Assembly (NCBI GenBank): GCA_951406725.2
Contig: OX597815.1
Location: forward strand, 75,950,001 to 76,014,000
Direction of reading: 5' to 3'
From: Octopus vulgaris
Lineage: Eukaryota
Length of the DNA: 64,000 nucleotides
Shown here: one piece after another, positions 28,401 to 39,700 of the stretch
Position numbering within the stretch: the first letter of the stretch is position 1
Layout of the letters: every line of letters begins with the position of its first letter
Made by a program: the position numbers and the translations under genes
Notes under the pieces: generated by a model
Told to the model about the DNA's origin: nothing
The model's input: the letters and a program-made list of their open reading frames with translations, nothing else
Database searches by the model: none

Positions 28401-31121
28401 ATTCAGTTTCTGCATCAGTTTATGTTAAGAGTCAGATTTAACAGCTATTTCTAGGATTGGATACTTTCTCTGAGATCTCATTATTACAGCATGGACTCAG
28501 AGAGCATTTTCTGACCAAAAGGTTTGATCATGCTCTCCCCCATTCTTCCTTCTATACATCAATGACCTACTTGTCATTACCTCCAACAATACCCTCCCTA
28601 TATAAACAACACTACTCTTACCTTCTCCCTCTTCTTTTTCACTCAAGTTTCACTTACATGCAGTCTAAACATTTAATATAAAATCTGCTCTTCTTTCAGG
28701 GGCTTCTTGTCTTCTTCAACATCAGGAAAACATATCAAAGATGCAATTTTGTACATGCAAACATAGTCTCAGATAAAATGAAATCAATCCCCTCCAATTT
28801 TACTGAAGATTTCATATTTTTAATATAGCAGAAGCTTCATCCTAAAGACTGGCCTACTTCTTTTGACCCTGAAAACTTTTGCTCCCAATAGTTGCTGACT
28901 CTGCAGAGCTCTTTTGAGATAAATCCACAACAGAATACTGCTTCCATACCAATTATGATGTTGCTGATACATATACAAACTGCATTAAAATAATATAAAA
29001 GCTGCTCAGTTGATATAAGCAAGATTGCCCACCAACACAAGCCAATATTTTGCTCACCCACAGATATACTTTCTTCTTTGCTCTCTCTGCCTTTTCTACT
29101 GTTACTGAAAATAACTTCTTTTTCTCAAGACTTGTTGATCTTGTGTCACCTCCACTAAGGTTCACTCAACTCTCATCTTTTATTTGGCCACACACATTGT
29201 GTATGTTTTCTATCTCTCTCTTAGACTTCACTCTGACCAATCCTTCATCCTCCAAAAAATTGGCCTGTTAGAAGTCCTCCTCTTCCCAAGATTCTTCTGG
29301 AATTACTGACTTGGAGTTGTTCAATTACTTTGATCTTACCAGCTTTAGAGGACAGAGGTCTTTGAAGATTACAATAAGAAAAAACAGAAAGAAGAAATGT
29401 TGAGCAATTATCCAGAGACTCCCCTATTATATACAGCCGACAGCAGGACCCTGATGGACTTAATATTGTTTATAAATGAGGTTGATTTTACTGTAAGTGT
29501 TAATAAGTAGCACTGGTTAGTTCTACTTTAACTGATCTTTGGCAAAACGAAAAAGTACCAAAATATTATTTTATTACCTCAACAGTAACCTCCAGTTATT
29601 TCTCACAACAGTGAGGAAGTTTTCTTATGGCAGCTTTATTACCTGCTTCTGTTAAAATATTAAATGTTACCTTGACTCAAACTTGACTCCCTATAACTAT
29701 AAAATCTAGCAATTCACCCCTGAAAATTGATCCATACTCACAAATCCTGCTTTGTATTATATGATTTTCATATATTCTCTAGTTAGCCTGAAATAAGTGT
29801 TTCATAATAAAAGCCAGGAGATGTTCATTCGAGGTGTCATTATAATTTATAATGAATAGCCATGTATTTTGATACTGGGTTTCACAACATTAAGCATTAA
29901 TGAAAATAGTGATTTGCATAAAAGTTCAATTTGATTTCAAATTTATGATTGTATGTTCTGTTTTTAAAGAAATTTGTGTGATGATTCTTATTGCAAACAA
30001 CAAACATAACACAAAGTAAAGCAAAGCAATAAAAATAGAATGCTTCTTGAGTTTGTTGTGTAAAAGAGTGAAAAGGTCAATTGATTCATAGCTGAAGTAC
30101 TCTTCACATTAAGTAGGAGGTAAAAATCGAATGTACAATTATCTGAGTATTATTATTATTGCAAATGTAAAGGGCAAAATATATTTGATGAAATTTTATC
30201 ATCTCATTTATTCTTATTGTTTGTTCAAATAATTTTGAAATATCTTGCTAACATGAAATATGCAGGTGATATGAAACCAATGAACTGTTTGTAACACCTT
30301 ACACCTTTGCAACAGAGTAGTAGATGAAGATTCCGGAAAATTGCCAAAAATCGGAAAATTGAAATTACAGTACCCTCCCCCCCCACCATTTCTTCATTTT
30401 TCACTTTTTTCCGTAACCCTAACCCTAAGTAGAAAAATTGGGGGCGGTTGGTAATTTCAAAATGCCAATTGTTGCCAATTTTTTTGCTGATTCATATTCT
30501 CTGTTGCCGAAAACAGGGGTTTGTGTAGCAAAAAAAAAAAAAATTAAATAAAGTGGTGCTTTTTTGGGGTGTACAAAAGGAAGTCTTGCTGCTATTTGTT
30601 TTGACCACGAACGGGAAAACCAAAAATATAGTTTATCATGCAGCTTTGCAATAAGTTCCAAATAGATAAATTATATCATTGTTTTGATGAGAACGGTTAA
30701 TTGCTTGTAAAATATTGCTCAAGTTTAATAAAATTTAATATGTACTCAATGCATGAAGTGTCATTGTTAAGCCCAAGGCCCAAATTAAGAGCCCTCCGCA
30801 GCAGCTAGCTTAAAAGCTGCCCGATAGTGCGGCTTTTAAGCCAGTAACTTATATATATTTTTTTATATACAAATGCATAATTTTTTTTATCAGACGCAAA
30901 GGAATCAAACCATCATCCATTCAGAAAATTTCGTTGTAGGGCTTAAACTCCAGGCTATCTTGTATTTGTTATAATCATTTGGAAACAGTCGACTATAATT
31001 TCAAATTTTTTCTGAATTTGAAAACTTTGTTTTTCAAGTTTTGTCAAGCAATTTGTTTATCAAAAGTTTTTGTTATTCGCTAGTTTGCTTTTCCCTCCAC
31101 TGTTTTGTAGTAAGAAAGTAA

Positions 31122-31915
31122 GGATCTTTTCCTTTTGAACGGCACATGTCAACACAATTTCTAGTTAACTAAACACTTTTAAACTTCGTATACTGGTAGA
31201 ATGAGTTTATAAAACATCATTTTTTCTTGGCTTTATTGAGAAAATTCTATATGTTGTAACATATTTCCACTTTAATTTCAAGCATTTCGGTAATTTTAAC
31301 CAATCGCTGACCTCCATTTGGGGTGAAAACATTCCGTGCTGTATATGTCGCTCGTTTAAGAAACAGATTGGGTTTATTTACATTTGCAAAGAAAAAAAAG
31401 ATACCCTTCCCCCACCCTAACCCTAACTCTAACTCTAAAATAGACTGAAATGCAATAGATCGATACTAGGGTTATAATTATGGGTGACAATTTCATACGA
31501 CACCGCTACGGAAAATGGGATTTTTTTTCTAGCGGTGTCAAATGAAAATGTCACCCATAATTATAACCCTAGAATTGATCTATTGCATTTCAATCTATTT
31601 TAGATTTAGGGTTAGGGGTGGGGGAAGGGTATCTTTTTTTTCTTCGCAAATGTAAATAAACCCAATCTGTTTCTTAAACGAGGGACATATTCATACAGCA
31701 CGGAATGTTTTCACCCCAAATGGAGGTCAGCGATTGGTTAAAATTACCGAAATGCTCGAAATTTCAGACGAAATATCTTACAAACTATAGAATTCTCTCA
31801 ATAAAGCCAAGAAAAAATGGTGTTTTATAAACTCATTCTACCAGTATATGAAGTTTAAAAGTGTTTAGTTAACTAGAAATTGTGTTGACATGTGCCGTTC
31901 AAAAGGAAAAGATCC
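31122..31915. mobile_element. Palindromic (fold-back) MITE, Merlin-like termini
   Basis: Two ~385-bp arms in inverted orientation around a ~20-bp centre; ends GGATCTTTTCCTTTTGAACGGCA / TGCCGTTCAAAAGGAAAAGATCC; 8-bp TSD GAAAGTAA (31114-31121 and 31916-31923). Confidence 0.9.
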
Positions 31916-32084
31916 GAAAGTAATTTTGAAATCGTTTTCCCATATATTCTAATACTAGGCTTGTCCATTTTAACCCTTTGCTTGCGGCTTATCATAGGAA
32001 AGCTAAAGTTTTTATTATTGTTTTTTTTTTTTTAATTTACACTTAAGTGAGAAGAATAAACAATTCACCACCTTAGGTTTAAAA

Positions 32085-32545
32085 TTTTGGGGCTCTGGGA
32101 AACCTCTCTTAGCCCCATCGAACATCTCCTCCATCTTGGAACCATCTGAGTTGTTCAGATGTGATGGGGAAAAGACCCGATGGCCACACCCTGTGCCCCT
32201 GGTCGAGATGCAGATGCCTTGTCTGGGACGTCAGTGCGGCCAAGGCGAGATCCACAGCTTCTGCAGCTGAGCGGAACAAAATCCTGAAGTACTGCAATCT
32301 GTCGGCCAACTACATTTTCCATCCTGTGGCGTTTGATGGGGTCGGACCACTGACCGCGAGATTCCTGTCTTCACTGGAAGCTCGCTTAGCAGAGGTAACT
32401 GGTGAAGCTTTTGAGGGAGCTTGGTTGTTCCAGTGCATCAGGCTCACCGTCACCCGCGACAACACTGCAAGCGTGCCTCAAGTCATTAGAGAGGTTTTTG
32501 TCTTTTTCTCACTCTTTATGTATATATTTAAGTATAAATAAAAAA
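32085..32545 (+). mobile_element. 5'-truncated CRE-like non-LTR retrotransposon (restriction-like endonuclease C-terminus)
   Basis: GKRPDG.TL.PW..LVWD..AAE.NK..KY..L..YIF.PVAF..G..L..VTG..WLFQ.I.L.V.R.N.ASV is the typical CRE-clade RLE C-terminus; followed by an A-rich tail. Confidence 0.75.
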
Positions 32546-32547
32546 GC

Positions 32548-32953
32548 GGATCATTTCGGTTTGAACGGCAGTTTTTTCTAGTGGTGTCATATGAAATTGT
32601 CACCCATAATTATGACCCTAGTATCGATCTATTGCATTTAAATCTGTTTTAGGGTTAGGGGTGGGGGGAAGGGTATCTTTTTTTCTTCACAAATGTAAGT
32701 AAACCCAATCTGTTTCTTCAACGAGGGACATATTCATACGGCACAGAATGTTTTTTTACCTCAATAGACGTCATTGATTGGTTGAAATTGCAGAAATTGA
32801 AGAAAAAAAATATCTTACAAACTATAGAATTTTCTCAATAAAGCCAAGAGAAAAAGATGTTTTATAACACATTCTACCAGTATACGAAGTTTAAAAGTGT
32901 TTAGTTACGTGGAAATTATTTAAAAAAAACTGCCGTTCAAACCGAAAAGATCC
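32548..32953. mobile_element. Monomeric MITE, Merlin-like termini
   Basis: ~30-bp TIRs GGATCATTTCGGTTTGAACGGCAGTTTTTT / AAAAAACTGCCGTTCAAACCGAAAAGATCC; 8-bp TSD AAAAAAGC; body homologous to one arm of 31122-31915. Confidence 0.9.
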
Positions 32954-33049
32954 AAAAAAGCCTAAGTATGAAACTAATACTAAAAGTCTGAAAACAAGCA
33001 TGAACGTTTAGGGTAAACTTATGTAAATGCTTTAAGCAGTCAAATTAAC

Positions 33050-33130
33050 GGATCTTTTCTGTTTGATAGACGGAATTTTCTAGTTAACTAAACAATTTGA
33101 AACTTCGTATACTGGTAGAATGTGTCAAAA
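33050..33130. mobile_element. Truncated copy of the same MITE family
   Basis: GGATCTTTTC..TTTCTAGTTAACTAAACA..AAACTTCGTATACTGGTAGAATG matches 31122-31205. Confidence 0.75.
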
Positions 33131-33229
33131 GAAAACATTATTGTAAACAAAATTGAAAACATTATATTGCTAAAGCCCAAAATAAGGATACGAACATCTG
33201 ATGTTTTCCCTTAACAAATCTCTCTAAAA

Positions 33230-33335
33230 ATATATTTGAAGTCTTTGCCTTCTCCCTCCTACCATACACTGTGTTAGTAGCAAATGCGCATGTGCAGTTG
33301 TGAATGGCGGTCGTTTCAAACCGTCTCATTCAAAC
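33230..33335 (+). promoter_or_regulatory. Probable KNL1 core promoter (CHR, NRF1-like, YY1-like motifs)
   Basis: TTTGAA at 33235-33240 and reverse TTCAAA at 33315-33320 and 33329-33334; TGCGCATGTGCA at 33285-33296; AATGGCGG at 33303-33310; followed by a strong donor GTAAGT at 33458. Confidence 0.6.
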
Positions 33336-33457
33336 GCTGTTAACTATGTCATTGTTTATGTTTCAGTCTTGATCAAGACAATTTATTTTCCAGTTTTAAT
33401 GTTTATTTATCTAACCACCTAGTACTGAATATATTTTAGAGACGTTTCCTGGTTAAA
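33300..33457 (+). other. KNL1: Probable non-coding first exon of KNL1 (start approximate)
   Basis: The ATG exon at 42685 has a splice acceptor, so an upstream UTR exon is required. This is the best promoter plus AAA|GTAAGT donor candidate. Confidence 0.5.
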
Positions 33458-36350
33458 GTAAGTGGTTTCTGGAAATTTTTTTTGTACTCTTTTCATAAAA
33501 GTTCGTTATTTATCGTTGTTTCTTCTGGCGCTGTTTATCCTGTATTATTGTAGCTTAATGTACTTTCAAGTATTTTTAGTGAAATTTAGATATTTTAAAA
33601 GCTTAACAGCAATAGTCTGACTTTATTTGATTTATTAACTGTGTACTCATATACACATACCACCAGCGCCAATTACAGAGAGACAGGGTGTCAGCCATGC
33701 TATTTACCAGGGAGCCTATCTCTATTTAAAAACACAAAACCAAAACAAAAGGAAAAATGGAATTACAAAAAATATAATTGTGGACACAACTACAGATTGG
33801 TTCCTCTCGTCACTGATTTTATTACCTCGTAATTTTCTTAATGCATATTTTTTAAATGAAACTTTGCAGCGATACGTTTTTGAAGTCGCAGATGACAATG
33901 TACTTAAGACATTTGTTTTTTAAGTTTAATATACATACTACTTATTTATTACTCACAAAGAAAGCAAGTCCTTATATTTTAAGCCGTTCGATAAAATAAT
34001 TTATGGGAATGTTGTACCACATGAAACAAAATAAATAATGGCATAGTTTCGGTTGTAGTAGCACAGATTTCCGAAACTTCGCCTAAATAATAATACTTGC
34101 ATAATTGTATTACTCTTTATGAACTTGAAAAATGGGAAACTTAAAACAGTAAAAGTCGAAACTATTCAGACATCAAATAATTAACAATAACTGAATACTT
34201 CGAAAAAAAATTGTACTGTTGCAAGCTAAAGTAAACACGAAAATTTTAATTGGAATGTGTATGTGACAGTGAGTTGTCTCATACGCAGCCGTTCTCATGA
34301 GGAACAAATAACTAAATATGTAAAATTATTTTTAATATCATTATGCAATCCAGGAGAAAGTTCGCTGTGGACCACCTGTGGGTTTTATTATATTTGAAAA
34401 TACTGTAATATTTTTATGTATGTTAATCAAGGGTCGGGGGGACTTGATTAAAACCCTAATATACAATATTCTTGCGAACAAGGCGACAAAAATTAATCGA
34501 GTAGTGCCAATAACATATTTTAAAATTTACTTTTAAAATTATATTATTTTCAATTGATGTAAATCAGTTTCTTTCAGATCCACTCGGTAATTATTCTTTC
34601 TTTATGAATTGATTTAAAAAAAAACAACTTACCTATTGATGAATTCTTTTTTTCACCTCGCATCCGTCTTGTATTTTATTACAATTCTAGCCTTATAGAA
34701 GCTACTTTGTAAGATTATTAGACCAACCCAGTACTTGGCTGGTACTTTATCAATTATGGAGAATGAAAGACAAAGTTGATCATGGCGGGATTTGAACTCA
34801 GAACGCAAACTGCCATAGCTGGCTAAATACCTCTGGGATTTTGTCCAGTTTAAATGATTTTGCGAATTCACTGCTTTGTGGTGGTTTAATATTTAATTTT
34901 GCGTCAATTTTTATTTTTATTCTTTTCTTTAAATCACTCTTTTTACTCACTCCTAGATCTATGTTCACTCTTGATCTACTGTAGGGGAGTATGCTCTACG
35001 TGATAACTTAATCTGGTAGAAAGCACAGCCAAATCTTCCCCAAGTCACTCCCTGTCATCCTAAAAGGAAGAATGAAAGACAAAGTAGCTTCCATAGATAT
35101 GCAAAATTTATAGGATAGTCACTGCTGGAACACTATTGATAACAGATCTGCTCGATCAAGTTGGGCCTTGAGCCAAACAAGTCTCACTTAAAAAATGTGG
35201 AACCGAGCTTTCCTGGTTTCATATTTTTTTGAACTTTCATATACTAACTGTACTTATATCTATCTATCTATCTTGTGAGAATGGTCATTTTCTCTCTCTC
35301 TCGTGCGGATGTGATTTTCATGTTGGTTGTAGGCTTTGTGACAACAAGTGGAGTTTACTCAATTGGAAATTATATACCAGCTGCTTGGTTCCAGGATAAC
35401 ACTTTTGATCATATTCTAAGTTGTCCAAAAATTGAAAAAAATTAAAATTCATAAAATTGTCCTGGAAATAAGTATGGAAAAAATGGACTTTTCCAAGTTT
35501 AGCAACAGGACTGAAAAAATGTTAATGGTTGCGCAAATGATAGTTCCACTGACCAAATGATTCTGGTTTACATTGAGTGTTCCCCAACCACAGACCAACC
35601 ATCTGCATTTGTTTATGTAATATTGCCAGTATCACAATGATGACGTCATATCTGCTATTAATGACATTTTTGATCAACTTGATGAAAACTTACGTACTTG
35701 GCCATCCTATCTTCTCTCAGATTATTAAATTATCTCTCCTTGTGTACTATGCCTGTATCTCTCTTCTCTGCTCCTGTAGCCTACCCAAACACACCATCAC
35801 TCTCCTCCTCCTGTCAACTGTATCATTGCTACTACTTTGCTGCTATCATCCATGTAGCTTCCCCAACTCATGCACTTCCTTCCAACAACCTTTTCCAATC
35901 TTTACAGGTGTCACCTACCTTCCTCACTCCCACTTCTATCTCTTCTAGTTATTCCTCCATTCACTTTTGCAAATTCGCACCGCCTACAACTCACCTCATA
36001 CTTTGAGGTGCCATTTGGACACCTTATCACCACTACTCTATCTGGAGATACCACCAATTCATTTTCACCTATTTTAAATGTGAGTAGCCATGCAGTTCCT
36101 CTACAGCAAGAACCTGCTCTTACGTAAGGATACACCTCTACCATCTCAGGTTTTGTAGACTTGTGAGCTACATGGTGACCGTGTTGGTGGCATGAAAAAA
36201 GTACCCAGTACATTGTAAAGTGGTTGGTGTTATGAAGGGCAATCCACTGTAAAAACCAGATTAAAGCAGATGCTGAAGCACAATATGGTCCTTGGACACT
36301 TTGAATACTTGTCAAACTCTGATCTATGCCAGTATGAAAGGGATGTTAAA

Positions 36351-36387
<37 letters not shown>

Positions 36388-36796
36388 CACACAAGATCTG
36401 CTCACTACAACAAAATTGGGATTTTAACCAAGGTGCCATGTATAAAGTATTGGTGTGGGTACTGGTGCCACAAAAAGGCACCCAGTACATTCTGTAAAGT
36501 AGCTGGAGTTAGGAAAGAGCATCCATCTGTAGAAACGAAGCCAAAACAGACTATGAAACCGGGTGTGCCCCTGGCTTTGTCAGTTCCTGTCATGCCAGCA
36601 TGGGAAAAGGATGCTTATTGTAAATTTCAAAATTGCAGGCCAGACCAGCATCCTGTTCAGAAGGTACGTTGTCATATCATCATCATCATCATTTAACGTC
36701 CGTTTTCCATGCAGGCATGGGTTGAACAGTTTAGCAGAAGATTGTGAATATGGTAGAAAGCATGATGTGTGTGTGTGTATGTGTGTATACATATAT

Positions 36797-39700
36797 ATTT
36801 TTCAAACCTACTTTCTTGCTCACGATTAACAGAACCTTTTCCTAGTTTCTGGACTAGTTAGATTGCCTGACAAACTCAGATTTTACCTTTTTTGCCCCAA
36901 GTCTATATTAGTTATCAAATAATAAATATTATCGACACTGCCATCCCCTTTCAACTATGCTAGTCAAAGTTCCTCACACCGCTTCCTCCCACGTGTTCCT
37001 TGACCACCTCTCTCTCCCTATGTTTCTCTATGTCCCCCTCTTTCCATAATCACCATCGCCACATATAAATGAGCAAACGCATAATCGGTAACCCCACTCA
37101 CTTCCAAATCCCTAACGAAGAAATACGCACAGCTCATGAACGGTTAAAGTTAAGAAATTCTTCTTTCAACCTCGCTTTCCTCTACCTTCTATCTTTGCAC
37201 GTATCATCATTATTCTTTCATTATTCTTCGATTACTCTCTCATTATATTGTTCCTTCAGTACTCTCTCATTATATTATTCTTTCAGTACTCTCTCATTAT
37301 ATTATTCTTTCAGTACTCTCTCACTATATTATTCTCTCAGTATTCTCTCATTACTCTGTCTAGCTCAGTAACATGCCATTCATGTAAATTATTCTTTCAG
37401 TATTTTCTCATTACTCTGTCTAGCTCAAATATGTTTTTTGTTTAGTCTTATCTCCCTGTTGCTCCCGGTTCATAGCCACTTATCTTTCCCCTAAAAATCT
37501 CACTTTCTCAGATTTTTCAAACCTAGTTTCTTGCTCACACGATTAACAGAACCTCTTCCTAGTTTATGGTGCAACCTCCCTCCTACCCCCTCCACACATG
37601 CCGGAAGTTCCTATTCTTTGCCATCACGGGGTTGCTTCCCATGAAGACTGCAAATGCTCTTTCACCATCCCTACCCCTAGTCTTGACCTATGTAAAGTAA
37701 TGTTCATACAGTGCAAAATATGAAAGGCTAGTGTTATGCAGGCTACTGTATTACTTGCACATGAATTCTGCCAAATGCGAGCTTTCTTTTCAGGTACATG
37801 AAGCTACCGGCCACCGTCCCAGGGTCTCTAGGTCCCATACCTCCCACATCCTCAGGGTTGGCACCCTCAACCGTTGGCACACTGAAAGGTAGGTCTGGCG
37901 AGATAGTCGAGATGCTTGAACGGAGATGTGTGGATATATGTTGCATGCAAGAAGTAAGGTGGAGAGGAGGATCTGCTAGGTTCCTCACAGGCAAGGAACA
38001 CAGGTACAAGATTTTCTGGGCAGGGAACACTGATGGGGTTGGTGGCGTGGGTATACTTATCGCTGAGAAATGGGTAGTAATTGAGGTAATCAGAGTATGT
38101 GACAGAATACTTAAGATTAGATTAGTGCTTCATCATAGTTTAGCAACCATTATATCGGCCTATGCTCCTCAGTCGGGGCTACCCGATGGACAGAAAGACC
38201 GATTCTATGACACTCTACTGCAGACTACCTCGTTGACGAACGACAGACCTTCTCTTTGTGGCTGGTGACTTCAATGATCACGTTGGACGTCATGCTGGGG
38301 GCTTCCATGGTGTACATGGAAGCTATGGCTATGGTTCCCGCAACGAGGAGGGAACCAGCCTGCTGGAGTTCTGTGATGCAAATAATCTTATGATTTGCAA
38401 CACTAACTTCACGAAACCTACCAGCCACCTAGTCACCTACCGATCGGGCCAACATACCAGCCAAATTGACTACATCCTTGCCAGGCAAAGGGTGAGATGG
38501 CTGCTTATAAATGCCAAAACCTTCCCAGGTGAAAAATGTACCCCACAACATAGACTGGTAGTTAGTGACTTTAGGATCAGGACTAGGAGGACAACCAGAA
38601 GACGACCAACATGGAGAAGAAGGATCTGGAAGCTTAAAGATCCTGCGAATGGACAGAGATTTAGGGACATGCTATGTGAAGCCTTTGACGAAGTAGAAGG
38701 GGATAGAGTATCACATGGGGTAGAAGGCAACTGGACGTTTCTAAGGGACAACCTGCTGAGAGCCACTGACCAGATCTGTGGCTGGTGCAAAGTCCCCTCT
38801 CGTCCCAAGGTAACGTGGTGGTGGAACAGTGTTGTAGACAGGGCTATTAAAGAAAAGAGACAGACTTGGAAGGACTGGAAGAATGGTGGTAGCAAATAAT
38901 TGTATCAGACTGCCAAAAGGGAAGCTAGGAGACAGGTCTATCTAGCCAGAGGGGAAGCAGATAAGAAAAAATTTGCCAATGTTCTGTGTCGTGAGGACCA
39001 AAGACTGGAGGTGTTTCGCGTTGCAAGACAGTGTGTGAGAGAGAATTGTGATGTGGTAGGAGAGAAGTGTGTTTACATGGAAGATGGTTCACTTGCACTA
39101 AATGAGGATGCAAAGAGAGAGGTTTGGAGACGCCACTATGAAAGGTTGCTGAATAAAGAAAATGAATGGGATAAAGAGAGTCTGCCGAATGTTAACCCAA
39201 CAGAGGGACCAGCTATCCGAGTTGACAGTTCCTTGGTAGTTAAGGCAATTAGAAGCATGAAGACAGGGAAAGCCCCAGGCCCATCAGGAATCACTGCAGA
39301 GATGCTCAAAATATCTGGTAGTGTCGGCTATAGCCTAGTCACCCGTATAGTTAATCAGGTGATACATGAAGGAGTCATACCCAATGACTGGTGTAGCAGC
39401 ATAATAGTCAACTGCTACAAAGGTAAAGGTGACGCCCTAGATACAAATAATTACAGAGGTATCAAGCTGTTGGATCAGGTAATAAAGGTTACGTAGAGGG
39501 TCATAGCCCAACTAATTAGAGAGAGAGTTAGTTTGGATGAGATACAGTTTGGGTTCGTGCCAGGGAAAAGTACCACTGATGCTATATTCCTGGTAAGGCA
39601 GCTGCAGGAGAAATACCTAGCCAAAGATAAGCCCCTGTACCTGGCTTTTGTTGACATGGAGAAAGCCTCCGACAGGGTCCCCCGATCCCTTATCTGGTGG

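Noticed and set aside
28440-29460. ORFs suggesting a host gene upstream of TSEN15
   Set aside because: No coherent splice model; a DPENF..PI-like stretch suggests a very degraded LINE RT, too weak to call.
30416-32660. Interstitial telomere / chromosome fusion site
   Set aside because: Only 2-3 TTAGGG units at a time, all internal to transposon bodies.
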